A DNA stretch of 64,000 bases, taken from assembly GCF_902713615.1 (NCBI RefSeq), contig NC_052147.1, positions 22,184,276 through 22,248,275 of the forward strand. The letters run 5' to 3'. Source of the stretch: Scyliorhinus canicula (Eukaryota). The notes beneath the pieces were generated by a model that was given only the letters and a program-made list of their open reading frames with translations, did no database searches and was not told the DNA's origin. Below are positions 1 to 11,470 of this stretch, piece by piece. Every line of letters begins with the position of its first letter. Position 1 is the first letter of the stretch. Position numbers and translations under genes: made by a program.

Positions 1-2170
1 ACACCGCAGCACCTCGGACTCCCCCCCTGGCCCTGTCGCCACAGAAGACGACAACCAAAGTGCACCCAGGTCACAGGGTGAGAATCACAATAAGTCGCTT
101 CCGCTCCTGCTGTACCGTCAGGCGATCCACCTAGATGTAGCCTTAGGGCCGGTAAGTTCAGAAAAGTAAACACTAGTTAAGTTGGCACGGGTGCGGGGCA
201 CAGTTTAGCGATAGGGGCGAGGGCACATGTCTGTTTATATGTTTTCGCACGAAACAGCGGTTCACAATGTTACAACTGGACTTGGTGCTCTGTCAGACGG
301 GTGGAAGAGGTGGGCTGGTCCAGACAGGGCATGGGGGTGGTGGGTGGTGAATTGGCGGACGGTGGGGGTGCGTTTGGCTCAGGGACCGCAGTTCAGCCAC
401 CCTCCACCACTCTGGTGTCCCACCCCATCCCACCACCCCCCCACCGCACCCACCCCCTCACTGTCCCAAATTTCACCACCCCAGGGATTCGATGGGACTG
501 CGTGATGGAATGGCCAGCTTGCATGCAGGGATCACCCAGGAGGACGCCGCAAAGTGCTACTGTAGGCAGGAGTCAAACAGTGTTGAACGTCGCCGAGCAC
601 CGGAGTTCATCACAGAGTGGGTGTCATCATCCTCCATCCCATGGACCAGACCCACTGCACTGCCAACCCAGGGCCCTCAGTCGGTAGTGCAGCAGGTATA
701 TATCATGGAGGGGTATCCAGGTGCTGGGTGCAGCCGCTGGGGTGGGGGTTGGGGGGGTGGGGGCGGAGGTGGGAGTGGGACGCGGTGTCCATGCCCCTGG
801 CCCGTGCCCCTGGTCAGTCCCACTCCGTAGTCAGTGAACCTGGAGGCAGAGTGTAATCTGCGTGTTGGCCCTGGCGCACACATTGTGCGGCCTCGCATGC
901 CAGCCCAGGCCACATGACCTGTCCATCTTCGCCCTACCCGCATCCTCCTCGTCCGATAAAGCCTGTCATTCATCCTCCTCCTCCAGCCGTTGCCCCTCTG
1001 CTGCGCAATGTTGTGGAGGACCCCTCCAGAGTGGTCCGAGCACCTGAACCGCATCTTCAGGAGGCCGAAGCAGCACTCGATCACCGCCCTTGGATGCTGT
1101 ATGAGTGTCGTTGTAGCGGGTCTCCACATCAGTCTGTGGCATTCGGATAGGCGTCATCAGCCACACTGGTGCGGATAGCCCCTGTCGCCCAGGAGCCAAA
1201 CCCCAGCCAGGGGTCGCCGCGAAGAGGTCGGGTATCATCGAGTGTGCCAGGATTACAGCATCGTGCACACTGCCCAGTTATTGGGCACAGGCATGCATGA
1301 TGCACATCTGATGGTCACACACCAGCTGCACATTCATCAGTTTGTGGAGAGCGGACTGCCAGGTGCTCATAGAGCGACATGCACCCCGTCGATCACCCAC
1401 TGGACCCGGAGCATGTTGGCAATGGCGGCGAATCCTGCTGCCCAGGCATCCTGGTGGGCTCAGTCCACTTTGAAATGGATGTATTGTGCTGACCTGGCAT
1501 ATAGTGCCTCCGTGACGGCAAGGGTGCACATGTGCACCGAGGTCTGTAAGATCCCAGACAGGTTCCCACTCTGTGCCCGGAAGGACCCCGTTGTGTAGAG
1601 GTTCAGGGTGACCGTCACCTTGACGGACAACGGGAGCAGGTGTCCTCCCCCATACCCCCGCAGAGCCAGTGCAGCATGATCTGGAAGATATTTGCATTGT
1701 CCCCCTGCTCAGCCAGAGTCTTCGACAGCATGCCCGGCCTGGGAGGTCCCTGAATGACAGCCGCTGCAGGTACACATGAGGCCTCTTGCCGGGCCTCCTT
1801 TCCTCCTCCTCCTGTTGGGCAGCTGGCACTCCATCCTCAGCAGCTGTCTCCTGTTCCTCTGGGGCAGATCTGCTACTGCAGCTTCCTCCTCCTAGAGCAT
1901 CTCCAGCTTGTACAGTCGCAGGGCATCCCCCAGGGACATGGCAACTAGGAGGAAGGCCACCATTGCAGGTTGAATTCCAATATCCATTGTCTGCAGGGGG
2001 TGAATGGCCAACATGATAGCATGGTGCATACCCCCACCCCCGTGCCCAACCAGATCCACCAGGCTTCACAGTGGCCACGGTTGGCACTGCGGACTGTTCC
2101 CCAGCATGTCAACCCCTCTCCCATCCCTGCACCCATGGCCCTGTCGGTGCCCGGCACTGTAGGAGCTTCT
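1..2170. mobile_element. PIF/Harbinger DNA transposon remnant with convergent Myb/SANT-like gene end (+) and DDE transposase (-), truncated by the window start
   Basis: Minus-strand HARBI1-like peptides; plus-strand 1-180 is similar to the 3' end of the Myb-like gene of the second Harbinger (about 27090-27167). Confidence 0.85.
828..1987 (-). pseudogene. Harbinger (HARBI1-like) DDE transposase, frameshifted
   Basis: Motifs split over three frames: NVQLVCDHQMCIMH, HDAVILAHS, LMTPIRMPQTDVETRYND, VIECCFGLLKMRFRC...LHNIAQQRG; ATG at 1987 preceded by an acceptor-like ccctgcag. Confidence 0.88.
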
Positions 2171-2188
2171 GGTCCTGGCTCCCATCCT

Positions 2189-2389
2189 GGCACCACTGCC
2201 TCATGGCACCGGGGACCCAGATTCGATCCCGGCTCTGGGTCACTGTCCGTGTGGAGTTTGCACATTATTCCCGTGTCTGTGTGGGTCTCACCCCCTCAAC
2301 CCAAAGATGTGCAGGGTCAGTGGATTAGTCACGCTAAATTGCCCTTTAATTGGAACAAAATAATTGGGTACTGTAAATTAACAAAAAAA
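2189..2389 (+). mobile_element. Short A-tailed V-SINE (HE1-related), 5'-truncated
   Basis: B-box ttcgatccc, V-domain gtgtggagtttgcacatt, aattgccctttaattgg and an A-rich tail. Confidence 0.9.
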
Positions 2390-2876
2390 GGAATTATGGG
2401 GAATGAATGGGGAGTGGACTAAGTCGGGTTTTCTTTCAGAGGCTCGGTGCAGACCCAATGGGCTGATATGGCCTCCTTCTGCACTGTACGAATTTGTGGT
2501 CCGATTCTTCTATGATCATTGGTCGTGCTATCAACTGATTTTTATTCACCAATAGCCTGCTCGCCAATGTTCAGATTGTGTTCCGCAGGTTTCAATCATC
2601 CTTGCACAAAACATTTTCAAAAGAGCTGAATTGAAGTGATGAGGTTTGAATGACTGCCCTTGGCACAAAGGCAGCGTTTGACCAAGTATGACACCAGGAA
2701 CCCCAGTAAAATTGAAGTCAATGGGAATCAGAAGGAAAATTCTTGATCAGTCACACCGAGCACAATGGTTGTGATTTCTGGAGATCAATTATCTCAGTCC
2801 CAGAACACTGCTGCGGGATTCCTCAGGTTAATGTTGCAGGCCTAACCATCTTCAGCTGCTTTATTAATCACCTTCC

Positions 2877-3150
2877 TGTGGTGAATGTGTAACCACTATA
2901 ATTCACACTGTACATTACCGCGTCCCTGTGGGCTCCATCTGTGAGCCGTTGCATGGCTCTGCCCACAGGGGGACATGACGAGCATGTACAGGGCTCCGCC
3001 CTTGGCTCCACCCCCTTCAGGAAGTATAAGTGTTGCGGTCCTGCGAGTCCGCCTTCAGTTCAGCATAGTCGCAGGCAGGCTCAGTTGTAAGCCGATTAAA
3101 GCCACAGTTTACTCCAAACCGTGTCTCTGGTTGAATTGATGGTCGCATCA
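2877..3150 (+). mobile_element. Solo LTR (274 bp) of an LTR retrotransposon
   Basis: TG...CA ends, 5-bp TSD CTTCC (2872-2876 and 3151-3155), internal TATAA (about 3024) and ATTAAA (about 3095). Confidence 0.88.
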
Positions 3151-3395
3151 CTTCCCACAATCATAAAGTGAGGATTTCACAGATGATGGCCTTGTGTTCA
3201 GCTCCATTTTTGATTCCTCGGGTACAGAGCAGTCTGTGCCCGCATCTAACAAAACCGAGACAATGTTCATGTATGGGTTGCGAAGTGGCAAGTAACATAC
3301 ATGTCACACAAGTGATAGGTAATGATTGACCCAACAGAAACCCGAAACACTTCTTGAAATTGAATGGCATTACTCTTGTCAAATACTCCACCATT

Positions 3396-3621
3396 GGGGC
3401 AGTACGGTGGCGCAGTGGGTTAGCCCTGCTGCCTCACGGCACCGAGGTCCCAGGTTCGATCCCGGCTCTGGGTCACTGTCCGTGTGGAGTTTGCACATTC
3501 TCCCCGTGTTTGCATGGGTTTCGCCCCCACAACCCAAAAATGTGCAGGCTAGGTGGATTGGCCATGCTAAATTGCACCTTAATTGAAAAAATTAATTTGG
3601 TACTCTAAATTTATTTTTTTT
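3396..3621 (+). mobile_element. Short A-tailed V-SINE, full length
   Basis: tRNA-like A and B boxes, V-domain; flanking duplication aaatactccac. Confidence 0.92.
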
Positions 3622-3909
3622 AAATACTCCACTGTCAATATCCTGGAATTCACCAATGACCAGAAACCCAAGTGAACCAGCCACATAAATAAGAGAAAGT
3701 CAACGAGCTGGGTATTCTGTAGCATATGTGGCTCTCTTCCCAACTTCCCAAATCTTTTCACCATCTACAAAGTACAAAATGAGGAATGTGGTGGAATACT
3801 CTTCAATTGCCTGGACGCGTGCAGCCCTAATAAGATTCAAGAAGATTAACGTAATTTTAGACAAACCAGATCGCTTCGCTGGACCCACGTCCACCATCTT
3901 AAGGCACAG

Positions 3910-4722
3910 GGCACAGTTCGTGACCTCATCGTGCCCAATTTGATGTCGGGTCGAGGCCATTGAATCTCGTGAGAGGCCTTCATCGGGAATGGCAGCGCTC
4001 GAAACGTCTCGCGAGATTCAACGGAATCTGGTGTGGCGTCGCAACCTGGATCTCGTACTTGCTGGCCGAGATCCAGGCGCACATATTTAAATGAGCCATT
4101 AGGCCTCCAACAGCCGCTGTTTGGGACTGGTCCACAAAGTCGTGAACTAGTCATGATGGCACCTCAGGGAGGGGATCGCTGAGGAGTTGAAGCCTCCGGG
4201 TGATCGAGGACTTAGCAGGGTGGCACCCTGACACTAGCCCTGGCACCTGGGCACCGCCAGCCTGGCACATTGGCACTGACACTCAGCCACACTAGCAGTG
4301 CCATTGTCAGGGTTCCAAGCTTGCAGGGTCAAGGTGCCCGGGTGCCAGGTTGCCCAAGTCGGGGTTTGGCCCAGTATAGATTTGTCTAAAGGGGGTGACA
4401 TGAGGAGGGGCTCGAGGACCCCAGAGGAGGTACGTTGGGTGAAGTAGCGAGATCCTGAAGGCATGTGGGAGTGCAGAGGGGTGTGGGAGTTGGGTCGAAA
4501 GATCAGGGCTGTCTTTAAAAATGGTGCCCTAATCCGCGAGTAACCTTTCTGCAGCCGAGCTCACCAGTGCAGGAAATGACTTAAAGAGTGGCCTCGATGG
4601 GCAGTTCCTCGCCAAGGCCAACGAAAGCGGCAAAGTGACATTGAATATTGGGGCAGCGCCGAGAAACACGCTGTTAAACATGCCGTTCAGTAGACTTTAA
4701 CTTGCGTGCACTGAACCGCACC
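3910..4722. mobile_element. Non-autonomous Harbinger-type element (MITE)
   Basis: Imperfect TIRs ggcacagttc / gaaccgcacc flanked by a 3-bp CAG duplication. Confidence 0.65.
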
Positions 4723-4889
4723 CAGATTTTAATCCCCGGGTTGGGTTCGCTAAACAAGATGACTTCCCGGCTCAGCAAACCCAACCTTTAAAAATGTCCA
4801 CCTGAAGGTGGGACTTTTGGTCAAGGGAGGCGAGTTGAAGCAGGAGTCGAGGCAGGGGACCCCGGAATGAATCCGCAGGCTGCTGGGCA

Positions 4890-7690
4890 TGGAAGCAGAC
4901 TGCGTGCAATGGCCTGCCTCAGTGCGGGGCCGGACCTGGAAGCAGGCTGGGTGCAATAGCCTGCCTCAGTGTGGGGCTGGGCCTGGAAGCAGGCTGCGTG
5001 CAATAGCCTGCCTCAGTGCGGGGCTGGACCTGGAGGCAGGCTGCGTGCAATAGCCTGCCTCAGTGTGGGGCCTGGCCTGGAAGCAGGCTGTATGCAATAG
5101 CCTGCCTCAGTGTGGGGCCTGGCCTGGAAGCAGACTGCGTGCAATAGCCTGCCTCAGTGCAGGGCCGGACTTGGAGGCAGGCTGCGTGCAATGGCCTGCC
5201 TCAGTGCGGGGCCGGGCCTGGAAGCAGGCTGTATGCAATAGCCTGCCTCAGTGTGGGGCCTGGCCTGGAAGCAGGCTGCGTGCAATAGCCTGCCTCAGTG
5301 TGGGCCGGACCTGGAGGCAGGCTGCGTGCAATAGCCTGCCTCAGTGTGGGGCTGGGCCTGGAAGCAGGCTGTATGCAATAGCCTGCCTCAGTGTGGGGCC
5401 TGGCCTGGAAGCAGGCTGCGTGCAATAGCCTGCCTCAGTGTGGGCCGGACCTGGAGGCAGGCTGCGTGCAATAGCCTGCCTCAGTGGTCGGACGGACCTG
5501 GAGGCAGGCTGCGTGCAATGGCCTGCCTCAGTGGTCGGACGGACCTGGAGGCAGGCTGTGTGCAATAGCCTGCCTCAGTGTGGGGCTGGGCCTGGAAGCA
5601 GGCTGTGTGCAATAGCCTGCCTCAGTGTGGGGACGGACCTGGAAGCAGGCTGGGTGCAACAGCCTGCCTCAGTGTGGGGACGGACCTGGAGGCAGGCTGC
5701 ATGCAATAGCCTGCCTCAGTGCAGGGCCGGGCCTGGAAGCAGGCTGCGTGCAATAGCCTGCCTCAGTGCAGGGCCGGGGCTGGAAGCAGGCTGTGTGCAA
5801 TAGCCTGCCTCAGTGCAGGGCCGGGCCTGGAAGCAGACTGCGTGCAATAGCCTGCCTCAGTGTGGGGCTGGGCCTGGAAGCAGGCTGTGTGCAATAGCCT
5901 GCCTCAGTGTGGGGCCGGGCCTAGAAGCAGGCTGTATGCAATAGCCTGCCTCAGTGTGGGGCTGGGCCTGGAAGCAGGCTGTGTGCAATAGCCTGCCTCA
6001 GTGCAGGGCCGGGCCTGGAAGCAGGCTGTATGCAATGGCCTGCCTCAGTGTGGGTCCGGGCCTGGAAGCAGGCTGCGTGCAATAGCCTGCCTCAGTGCGG
6101 GGCCGGACCTGGAAGCAGGCTGTATGCAATGGCCTGCCTCAGTGTGGGTCCGGGCCTGGAGGCAGGCTGCGTGCAATAGCCTGCCTCAGTGCGGGGCCGG
6201 ACCTGGAAGCAGGCTGTGTGCAATAGCCTGCCTCAGTGTGGGGCCGGGCCTGGAAGCAGGCTGTATGCAATAGCCTGCCTCAGTGTGGGTCCGGGCCTGG
6301 AAGCAGGCTGCGTGCAATAGCCTGCCTCAGTGCGGGGCCGAGCTGGAAGCAGGCTGTGTGCAATAGCCTGCCTCAGTGTGGGGCCGAGCTGGAAGCAGGC
6401 TGCGTGCAATAGCCTGCCTCAGTGCGGGGCCGGGCCTGGAAGCAGGCTGTGTGCAATGGCCTGCCTCAGTGCAGGGCCGGACCTGGAAGCAGGCTGCGTG
6501 CAATAGCCTGCCTCAGTGTGTGGCCGGACCTGGAGGCAGGCTGCGTGCAATAGCCTGCCTCAGTGTGGGCCGGACCTGGAAGCAGGCTGCGTGCAATAGC
6601 CTGCCTCAGTGTGGGGCTGGGCCTGGAAGCAGGCTGTGTGCAATAGCCTGCCTCAGTGCGGGGCCGGGCCTGGAAGCAGGCTGTATGCAATAGCCTGCCT
6701 CAGTACGGGGCCGGGCCTGGAAGCAGGCTGTATGCAATAGCCTGCCTCAGTGCGGGGCCGGGCCAGGAAGCAGGCTGTATGCAATAGCCTGCCTCAGTGC
6801 AGGGCCGGGCCTGGAAGCAGGCTGCGTGCAATAGCCTGCCTCAGTGTGGGGCCGAGCTGGAAGCAGGCTGTGTGCAATGGCCTGCCTCAGTGCGAGGCCG
6901 GGCCTGGAAGCAGGCTGTATGCAATGGCCTGCCTCAGTGTGGGTCCGGGCCTGGAAGCAGGCTGCGTGCAATAGCCTGCCTCAGTGCGGGGCCGGTCCTG
7001 GAAGCAGGCTGTGTGCAATAGCCTGCCTCAGTGTGGGGCCGGGCCTGGAAGCAGGCTGTATGCAATGGCCTGCCTCAGTGTGGGCCGGACCTGGAAGCAG
7101 GCTGTGTGCAATAGCCTGCCTCAGTGCGAGGCCGGGCCTGGAAGCAGGCTGTATGCAATAGCCTGCCTCAGTGTGGGGCTGGGCCTGGAAGCAGGCTGGG
7201 TGCAATAGCCTGCCTCAGTGTGCGGCCGGGCCTGGAAGCAGGCTAGGTGCAATAGCCTGCCTCAGTGTGGGTCCGGGCCTGGAAGCAGGCTGCGTGCAAT
7301 AGCCTGCCTTAGTGCGGGGCCGGACCTGGAAGCAGGCTGTGTGCAATAGCCTGCCTCAGTGCGAGGCCGGGCCTGGAAGCAGACTGCGTGCAATAGCCTG
7401 CCTCAGTGTGGGTCCGGGCCTGGAAGCAGGCTGCGTGCAATAGCCTGCCTCAGTGCGGGGCCGGACCTGGAAGCAGGCTGTGTGCAATAGCCTGCCTCAG
7501 TGCGGGGCCGAGCCTGGAAGCAGGCTGTGTGCAATAGCCTGCCTCAGTGTGTGGCCGGACCTGGAAGCAGGCTGTGTGCAATAGCCTGCCTCAGTACGGG
7601 GCCGAGCCTGGAAGCAGGCTGTGTGCAATAGCCTGCCTCAGTGTGGGGCCGGACCTGGAAGCAGGCTGTGTGCAATAGCCTGCCTCAGTG
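4890..7690. repeat. Minisatellite with 46-47 bp unit, about 60 copies
   Basis: Unit tggaagcaggctgYgtgcaatagcctgcctcagtgYggggcYggRcc repeated head-to-tail; each unit contains the inverted repeat gcaggct-N9-agcctgc. Confidence 0.97.
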
Positions 7691-8487
7691 CCCCATCTCT
7701 GTGTTTAAATAAATAAAAAAATAATAACATGTATTTTAAAAGCAGGACAAAGATAAGATAATATCGCCTAGGCAGAGACTGGCCATCATTTCATCCATTT
7801 GTGGAATTTGTACTGAACAAAGGAAAATAATAATACCTCTCAACTAGCTCGTCAGTCCGAATAGCAATGATCACAAAGAACCATTCCCAAACAGGCCCAT
7901 GAATATCTCTCACTACAACCAATTGAACTGTTTGCAGCTGAAGTGCTTTAGCTCGAGAAGGCGTTATGTTTCTTGTGCCGTACCAAACTTTATTCCCACT
8001 GACAAATAAATCTGAACCCAATATTTTGGGGGCTGGAAGTTCCTTTGAATCACACAGAATGCGTAAAAACATAAACAGCCTATCTATCATGATAATGTTG
8101 GCCCCTTGGACTTGTACTCCCAGAGCCTGTTTACCAAGCACGCCCCAGGGACGTGAGTTATAATCCCACCGTAGACATGATTGACATGCTTGATTCTGCT
8201 ATTCAGTGCATGTCAAAACACATTGTGGCATTAATTTGCATTTCCTGTACAGAGGACTGAGAGTGTGCAGCAAAGATGGAATTCAGTCAATAATTTTGAT
8301 CAACATCATCAGTAGTTGGGAACTGAAACTTAAGGTGGTCCACACTCAATTCTTTTGATAATTCTCTAAAATTGAATCGAACATTGGAACTGGAGTAGAC
8401 CATTTGCTCCCTTGAACCTATTCCACCATTCCATGAGATTATGGTTGTTTGGGATATTTATACAGTTCTAATATGTCCATTGGACAT

Positions 8488-8713
8488 TTTTTAAAAATAA
8501 ATTTAAAGGACCCAATTTTTTTTTCCCAATTAAGGGGCAATTTAGCTTGGTAATCCACCTACCCAGCATATCTTTGGGTTGTGGGGGTGAGACCCATGCA
8601 GACACGGAGAGAATGTGCAAACGCCACACGGACAGTGACCTGGGGCTGGGATCGAACCCGCATCCTCAGTGCCATGAGGCAGCGGTGCTAACCACTGCGC
8701 CACCGTGCTGCCC
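8488..8713 (-). mobile_element. Short A-tailed V-SINE
   Basis: Reverse complement of the 3396-3621 consensus. Confidence 0.9.
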
Positions 8714-8869
8714 TATATTTCCATTATACATAACTAACAATGTACATCAACGCCTTTATATAGCATTTTTAATGTAGTAAAATGTCCACATCACAAGAGT
8801 GTTATCAAACAAAATGTGACACCAAAACACATAAGGAGGCAGTGGAACGGGTGGTTTTAAGGAGCTTGT

Positions 8870-9252
8870 AATTGTCGCGTGTGTACAGGGAGTGTACAGG
8901 GAGTAGAGTAGGGGGCTAAGTATGCAGTCTTGCGGGGCCCCGGTATTGAGGAGTATTGTGGAGGAGGTGTTGTTGTTCATTCTTGCTGATTGTGGTCTGT
9001 GGGTCAGAAAGTCGAGGATCCAGTTGCAGAGTGGGGAGCCAAGTCCTAGGTTTTTGAGCTTTGATATGAGCTTGGCTGAGATTATGGTGTTGAAGGCGGA
9101 GCTGTAGTCAATAAATAAGAATCTGATGTAGGAGTCCTTGTTGTCGAGATGCTCTAGGGATGAGCGTAGGGCCAGGGAAATGGCGTCTGCTGTGGACCGG
9201 TTGTGGTAGTTTACGAATTGCAGTGGATCAAGGCATTCTGGGAGTATGGAGG
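8870..9252 (-). mobile_element. Rex1/Babar-type LINE RT fragment
   Basis: Minus-strand translation [12 protein letters not shown]...[13 protein letters not shown]...[13 protein letters not shown]...[19 protein letters not shown]. Confidence 0.85.
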
Positions 9253-9258
9253 AGAACA

Positions 9259-9440
9259 GGGGCTGTTTAGCACAGGGCTAAATCGCTGGTTTTGAAAGCA
9301 GACCAAGCAGGCCAGCAGCACGGTTCGATTCCCGTAACAGCCTTCCCGAACAGGCGCTGGAAGGTGGCGACTAGGGACTTTTCACAGTAACTTCATTTGA
9401 AGCCTACTCGTGACAATAAGCGATTTCCATTTCATTTCAA
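9259..9440 (+). mobile_element. tRNA-derived SINE (non-V head; tail ...gcctacttgtgacaataag)
   Basis: ggggctgtttagcacag A box and ggttcgattccc B box; near-identical copies at 17721, 18400 and 49185. Confidence 0.85.
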
Positions 9441-9489
9441 TAGCAATAAGACGCATGAATTCTGACTGTTACTCCAACGCACAACAGGA

Positions 9490-9960
9490 GAGCATAAGAA
9501 ATAGGAGCAGAGTCGGCCATATGGCCACTTGAGCCTGCCCTGTTATTCAATAAAATTACAGTCAAACTTCTAGATCAATTTCATTTCCCCCACACTATTC
9601 CCATTTCCTTGATTCCCTTAATGCCCTCAAAATGGTCAACCTCAGTCTTGAATATACTCATCGAAAGAACATCCACAGCCCTTTCAGGTGGAGATGTTCC
9701 AATAATTCACAACTCCCTGGGTGAAAATGTTTCTCCTCATCTCAGCCCTGAATGGCTGACCTTTATGCTGAAAATGAAGCCACTAGTTCCAAACTCTCGA
9801 GCCTCGAAAACAGCCTCTCATCATCCGTCAAGCTCTCGAAGAATTTTACACTTATCAATGAGGTCCTCTCTCATTCTTCTCAACTCCAGAGAATATAGAA
9901 GCCTTCTAGTCAATCTCTCCTTTGAGCAGTTCTCTCATTCAGGAATCAATCTGGTGAACT
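9490..9960 (-). mobile_element. CR1 LINE 3' end remnant
   Basis: cataagaaataggagcag tail and decayed ORF2 C-terminus. Confidence 0.75.
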
Positions 9961-9999
9961 TTAAATAGACTCCGTCTAAGGGGGAAGTATAGTGTAAAT

Positions 10000-10160
10000 A
10001 AAATGTTGCCACAGTTCCAGAGGACCATAGGCTGCTTTCACCTTTGAGAGAGAGCTGACTGGTAGTGATTTAACCTGAGGGTCACCATACCTCAAGCAAG
10101 AAGCAAGGTTGAGGTTATTCATGAATAACCTTAGCTGGTGAGGGAGTTGAACTCCATACC
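10000..10160 (-). mobile_element. tRNA-derived SINE remnant (family also at 32010-32180)
   Basis: Shares the ctcaggttaaatcaccaccagtcagctctct...aaagcagcctatggtc core with the 32 kb copy. Confidence 0.65.
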
Positions 10161-10305
10161 ACAATACAGCAGTGAAGTATATTCGGGAGGATGTGAAAGC
10201 ATTGGAGAGGTTGCAGAAAAGATTCTTGAGAATGGTTCCGGGTTTGTGGAAATGTCATTACGTGGAAGGATAGGAGGAGCTGGGGCTGTTCTGCTTGGAG
10301 AAGAC

Positions 10306-10578
10306 AATAATAATAATCTTTATTAGAGTCACAAGTAGGCTGACATTAATACTGCAATAAAGTTACTGTGAAAATCCCCTCGTCGCCACACTGAGGGAGA
10401 ATTCAGAATGTTCAATTCACCTAACAGCACGTCTTTCAGGGCTTGTGGGAGGAAACCGGAGCACCCGGAGGAAACACACACAGACACAGGGAGAACGTGC
10501 AGACTCCGTACAGACAGTGACGCAAGCCAGGAATCGAACCTGGGTCCCTGGCGTCGTGAAGCAACAGTGCTCTCCACT
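10306..10578 (-). mobile_element. Hybrid SINE: V-domain head plus the ...cttgtgac...(atta)n tail
   Basis: HE1-like head and V domain joined to the tail used by the 9259-type SINE. Confidence 0.8.
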
Positions 10579-10669
10579 GACCCAAGACACTGATCAAGAG
10601 AAGGTTGAGAGGAAGACAGATTTAATTGGGGACTTCAAGACAGAACCGGGGGGGGGGGGGGGGGGGGGG

Positions 10670-10870
10670 GGGGCATGGTTGCGTAGTGGTTAGCACCTCT
10701 GCCACACGGCGTCAAGGACCCGGGTTTGATCCCAGCCCTGGATCACTGTCCGTGTGGAGTTTGCACATTCTCCCCAAGTTTGCATGGGTCTCACCCCCCA
10801 CAAAAGATGTGAAGGCTAGGTAGATCAGCCATGCTAAATGGCCCCTTAATTGGAAAAATTAAAGAAAAGA
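10670..10870 (+). mobile_element. Short A-tailed V-SINE preceded by a poly-G tract
   Basis: Consensus match; G-run at 10648-10673 immediately upstream. Confidence 0.88.
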
Positions 10871-10939
10871 GAGAATTCAACATTATTTGAAGAGGAAAAT
10901 ATTAAAGGGAAGAAGGCAGAGGAATGGTGCTAGGTGAAT

Positions 10940-11165
10940 TTTTAAAAATAAATTTAAAGTACCCAATTTTTTTCCAATTAAGGGGCAATTTAGCGTGGCC
11001 AATCCACCTACATTGCACATCTTTGGGTTGTCGGGGTGAGACCCACACAGACACGGGGAGAATGTGAAGACTCCACATGGAGAGTGACCCGGAGCTGGGA
11101 TCGTACCTGGGTTCTCGTCGCCGGGAGGCAGCAGTGCTGACCACTGTGCCTCCGTGCCACTCCTG
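10940..11165 (-). mobile_element. Short A-tailed V-SINE
   Basis: Consensus match; imperfect TSD ggtgctaggtgaatt / ggtgcaaggtaaatt. Confidence 0.88.
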
Positions 11166-11243
11166 GTGCAAGGTAAATTGTTCTTGCTGAATGGCTCCCT
11201 TCTGTGCTGTAACCATTTTGCACTTCTACGATAAGCAAACATA

Positions 11244-11470
11244 GTTTTTTTTTAAATTTAGAGTACACAATTCATTTTTTCCAATTAAGGAGCAATTTAG
11301 CATGGCCAATCCACCTAACCTGCACATTTTAGGGTTGTGGGGGTGAAACCCATGCAAACACGGAGAGAATGTGCATAATCCACACGGACAGTGGCCCAGA
11401 GCCGGGATCAAACCTGGGACCTCGGCGCCGTGAGGCTGCAGGGCTAACCCACTGCGCCACCGTGCTGCCC
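11244..11470 (-). mobile_element. Short A-tailed V-SINE
   Basis: Consensus match; perfect 15-bp TSD taagcaaacatagtt. Confidence 0.92.

Larger units (their letters stand above)
2520..3900 (+). mobile_element. Degenerate CR1-clade LINE ORF2/RT fragment interrupted by a solo LTR and a SINE
   Basis: Decayed RT motifs (...TIFSCFIN.LP|TII..., later VEYSSIAWTRAA...); the same family lies on the minus strand at about 49940-52300. Confidence 0.75.

Noticed and set aside
3396-3470. tRNA genes
   Set aside because: All A/B-box hits continue into SINE bodies; no complete cloverleaf was found.
5063-7208. Cys/Gly/Ala-rich repetitive ORFs
   Set aside because: They are translations of a 46-47 bp unit (not a multiple of 3) with frequent stops.
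4890-7690. CRISPR-like appearance (palindromic repeat plus variable linker)
   Set aside because: The linkers are short point variants of one sequence rather than unique spacers; there are no cas genes; the context is vertebrate.
4890-7690. Iron-responsive-element-like C-N5-CAGTGH motif in each unit
   Set aside because: The upper stem pairs only 3-4 of 5 positions and competes with the stronger gcaggct/agcctgc hairpin; no evidence of a UTR context.
4890-7690. Tandem hammerhead ribozymes on the minus strand (CTGAGG followed by a stem)
   Set aside because: The box reads CTGAGGC rather than CUGANGA, and no GAAA follows the stem.
7791-8141. 116-aa minus-strand ORF in unique sequence
   Set aside because: Non-ATG start, no recognisable domain and no convincing splice signals.
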